Source of the DNA: the human T2T-CHM13v2.0 reference genome, Homo sapiens
DNA: 64,000 nucleotides
Assembly (NCBI RefSeq): GCF_009914755.1
Contig: NC_060941.1
Strand: one strand, 5' to 3'
Program-made: the position numbers and the translations under genes
Notes under the pieces: generated by a model
Seen by the model: only the letters and a program-made list of their open reading frames with translations
Databases searched by the model: none
What the model was told of the DNA's origin: nothing
Shown: positions 61,065 to 64,000 of the stretch, one piece after another
How positions within the stretch are numbered: the stretch's first letter is position 1
How the letters are laid out: the number at the start of each line of letters is the position of its first letter

Positions 61065-63308
61065 AAAATTAAAATCCTATGATATATTTTAATTACTTTA
61101 TACAGTCAATATTCATTTAGTTTTCATCACATATTTGCTCTTCCTGTCCTCTTAAATTCTTCTGCATCTCTGAGCTCCATCTGCAATCACTTTTCTTCTG
61201 CCTAAAGGAATCCTCTTAGTATTTTCATTACTGTGGGTCTTCTGATAGTGAAGTCTCCATTTTTTGCTTGCTTGGAAATGTCTTCATTTTACCTTCATTT
61301 TACCTTCACACTGGATATGAAAGTCCATAGTAGCTCCCACCTCCTACTTGTGCTTACGTGCTCCTTGTCCCTTGTCCCATGGGTTGTCTCCTCCATATGC
61401 CCTATTTGCAGACAGAAGGACTGATGCTGACATTACGCCAGGGTAAGAGCACCAGCTGCTGGAGTCAGCAAATTTGCAGTGGATATGGAGAAACATAAGA
61501 GAGGCAGGAGACAATGGGGTGCCTTAACCGTGAGGGAACCAGCATCCAGAACCTGAGAAAAACCAAGTAAATTTCTTCCACTCTTGAAAAGGGACCAGCA
61601 AGAAGTTGATGAAGACCTCACTGCTCAGGACTGTGAAGTAGGGCACAAAAGGAACTAAGGAAGTCAGGCATTCATCCTTGACTTTGAGTGTTTCTTTTAA
61701 ATCTCTGCCTCTGTCTTACTCTCACTCCCTTGCTCCCTCTTCAGGGAGTATAGCTCTTGGAATGGCTGGCCTTTGTTCCATCTCTTTTGGGTAGGAACTT
61801 CATTCAGTCTACAGAGACTTTTCCCAGCAAGAGACCATCATCTCTAAATCGCTGTAGGAGTAGAGCTTCTCAGGAGAACTGAAGGAACTCTGCCACTTCC
61901 TCACCCTAGGAACCAACTAGACCCAGAGTTTGCATCTTGTGAATGACTGAGTTAGGCCCCAGTTTTCCCAACTAACAATGGGTCCTAGCCCTCTCCTGCC
62001 TTTCAGATCTAGGTTAGATATCTAAGTCCTCAGAAAATAGCCCAGAACATTTTGAAACCTTTTGTGAAGTTCTTTGATTTTACTTAGAGAATCTTAATCC
62101 ACAAGAATTAAGTGATATGGCTTAAATGTCTGTCCAGAGCATAGGGAAACAACTCTAAAATGAAGAAAGGACAAGGGTCAAGAGAGTCTCACGGGACAGA
62201 TGAGACTTGTGAGCTGAGGGCCATGGAGAGGAGATGGAGGGCACCAAAGAAGACCTGTTCAGTGTTGGGCAGGCAGAGGAGTGTAGGCAATGCCAAAACA
62301 GGACTGGGCACTCACTGCCACCTACATCGTTCTGGGGTCCAAGCCATGTCCTCAACCCTTTACAGGCAACTCTAAACCATGAGGAGCTGGAGACTGGGGA
62401 TGACCAGAGGGGAAGATGTTAAGTGCATGGTGTCTTGCTCTGAGTTGTACATGTTGGGGTACCTTGGGTCCCCCAGGGGTTCAGGATGTACAAGAGCAAC
62501 TCAACTGCTCACTTGTTGGGGCTGAATGTGCAGAAATGTTTTTGACAGTGAGAGAGGGTGAGATGTTAGTGTTGAAGTCATACGTACAAGGAGAGATCTT
62601 CAGATTAACACTTCCACCACAGAGCAGCTCTCTAATGCTGTGCTGCAGCTCCTCTGACCACATGGTGTGATGTAAATGGTCATGCCACAGCGTTCTGGGC
62701 AGCACAAGTCACATTTAAACCACACCCTGGGTGAAAAGGACCATTACATCGTGTTAATCGGAGTGCTTCTAAGAAATGCTTAACTCATGAGGAGGACGTC
62801 AAGAATTGGTGTTACCAAGAAGCCAAGCTTAGCTGGTACCTTCTATCAAGAACAGATCTATTTGTGAATGGCACCATGGTCATTTCCTCCTATGGAACAG
62901 ATATTTCTAGTGTTGTGTTTCCATTGCACAGAAGTGACATGTAAGATGATACCCCAGAATCTTAAGTAGTTCGAGTTGTGTTTGATCCAGACCCAAATGG
63001 ACAGAATGGAATAGGGAAAGTCTGGACTATGGGAATGACAAGAATGATGGGGCCAGGCTTTTAACTGCTGTTTGATTCATTGAACATTCATAGCTCCCTA
63101 CAATATGCCATCATTGGGTTTGACTCTGGGTAATAGACATGAATATGCATGACATATGGGGTGTCTATATAGATCAGGAGCCTTAGATGCCCTTATTTTT
63201 TCACCCAGGAAGCCCACAGCTAGGAAAATATCCTACAGAAATAACCTCACTTATGGAGAAAGTTTTTTGCATACAGATGTTTGGCACAACTTATAACAAT
63301 GAAAAATT

Positions 63309-63598
63309 GGCCAGGTGCAGTGGCTTACACCTGTAATCCTAGCACTTTGGGAGGCCGAGGCAAGCAGATCACCTGAGGTCAGGAGTTCGAGACCAGCCTG
63401 GCCAACATGGTGAAACCTCATCTTCACTAAAAATACAAAAATTAGCTGGGCATAGTGGTGCACGCCTGTAGTTCCAGCTACTCAGGAGGCTGAGGTAGGA
63501 GAATCGCTTGAACCTGGGAAGTGGGGGTTGCATTGACCTGGGATCACACCACTGTACTCCATCCTGGGCAACAGAGTGAGACTCCATCTAAAAAAAAA
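63309..63598 (+). mobile_element. Alu (AluS-like)
   Basis: Full dimer; gaaaaatt flanks both sides. Confidence 0.9.
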
Positions 63599-63725
63599 GG
63601 AAAAATTGAAACCAACCCACATATGTTACAGTAGTGCATGACAATATTAATGCACTAGGCTTAAGTAAATTAGGCAGTTCTTAAAAATACTGGAATGATT
63701 TGGAAAAGTCTTTTAATATTAAGCA

Positions 63726-64000
63726 CAGTCATATGCTGCATAACAATGCTTTGGTCAATGACAAACTGCATATATTATACAGCGGTGGTCCCATAAGATT
63801 ATAATTCTGTATTTGTACTATACCTTTTCTATGTTTAGATATGTTTAGATATGCAAATACTTAACATTGCATTGCAGTTGCCTACAGTATTCAGTACAGT
63901 GGCATGCTGTACAACTTTGTAGCCTAGGAGCTACAGGCTGTACCATACAGTGAAGGTGTACGGTAGACTACACCATCTAGGTTTGTGTAAGTCTATGATA
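63726..64000 (+). mobile_element. Tigger3/Golem-like DNA transposon (runs off window end)
   Basis: cagtcatatgctgcataac...ggtggtcccataagattataat. Confidence 0.8.

Overview
Repeat-dense primate (human-type) DNA from the 17q12 CC-chemokine cluster. It contains the complete CCL23 gene (minus strand, 4 exons, alternative exon-3 acceptor) and the promoter, exon 1 and start of intron 1 of CCL18 (plus strand). Most of the ORF track is Alu/L1/ERV-derived or spurious, and it does not resolve the spliced genes. Main result: the ~46 kb between CCL23 and CCL18 holds three degenerate CC-chemokine genes on the minus strand. Psi-A (52957-54842) is a complete 3-exon CCL3/MIP-1alpha-like gene that keeps its TATA box and AU-rich 3'UTR. 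Psi-B (36744-51893) has its exon 2 split by a ~13 kb nested L1/Tigger/L1 block. Psi-C (29532-29644) is an isolated CC exon with an IPC motif and intact splice sites. The known CCL18 intron-1 pseudoexon is also present and has an AG acceptor, a cryptic GTGAG donor and an in-frame stop, so it is a candidate poison exon. Other oddities are an apparently G-to-A hypermutated LTR, two templated inverted duplications inside transposons and several datable nested insertions. Repeat family names and reference gene sequences are recalled from memory and need database confirmation. I could not check whether the pseudogenes are already annotated.
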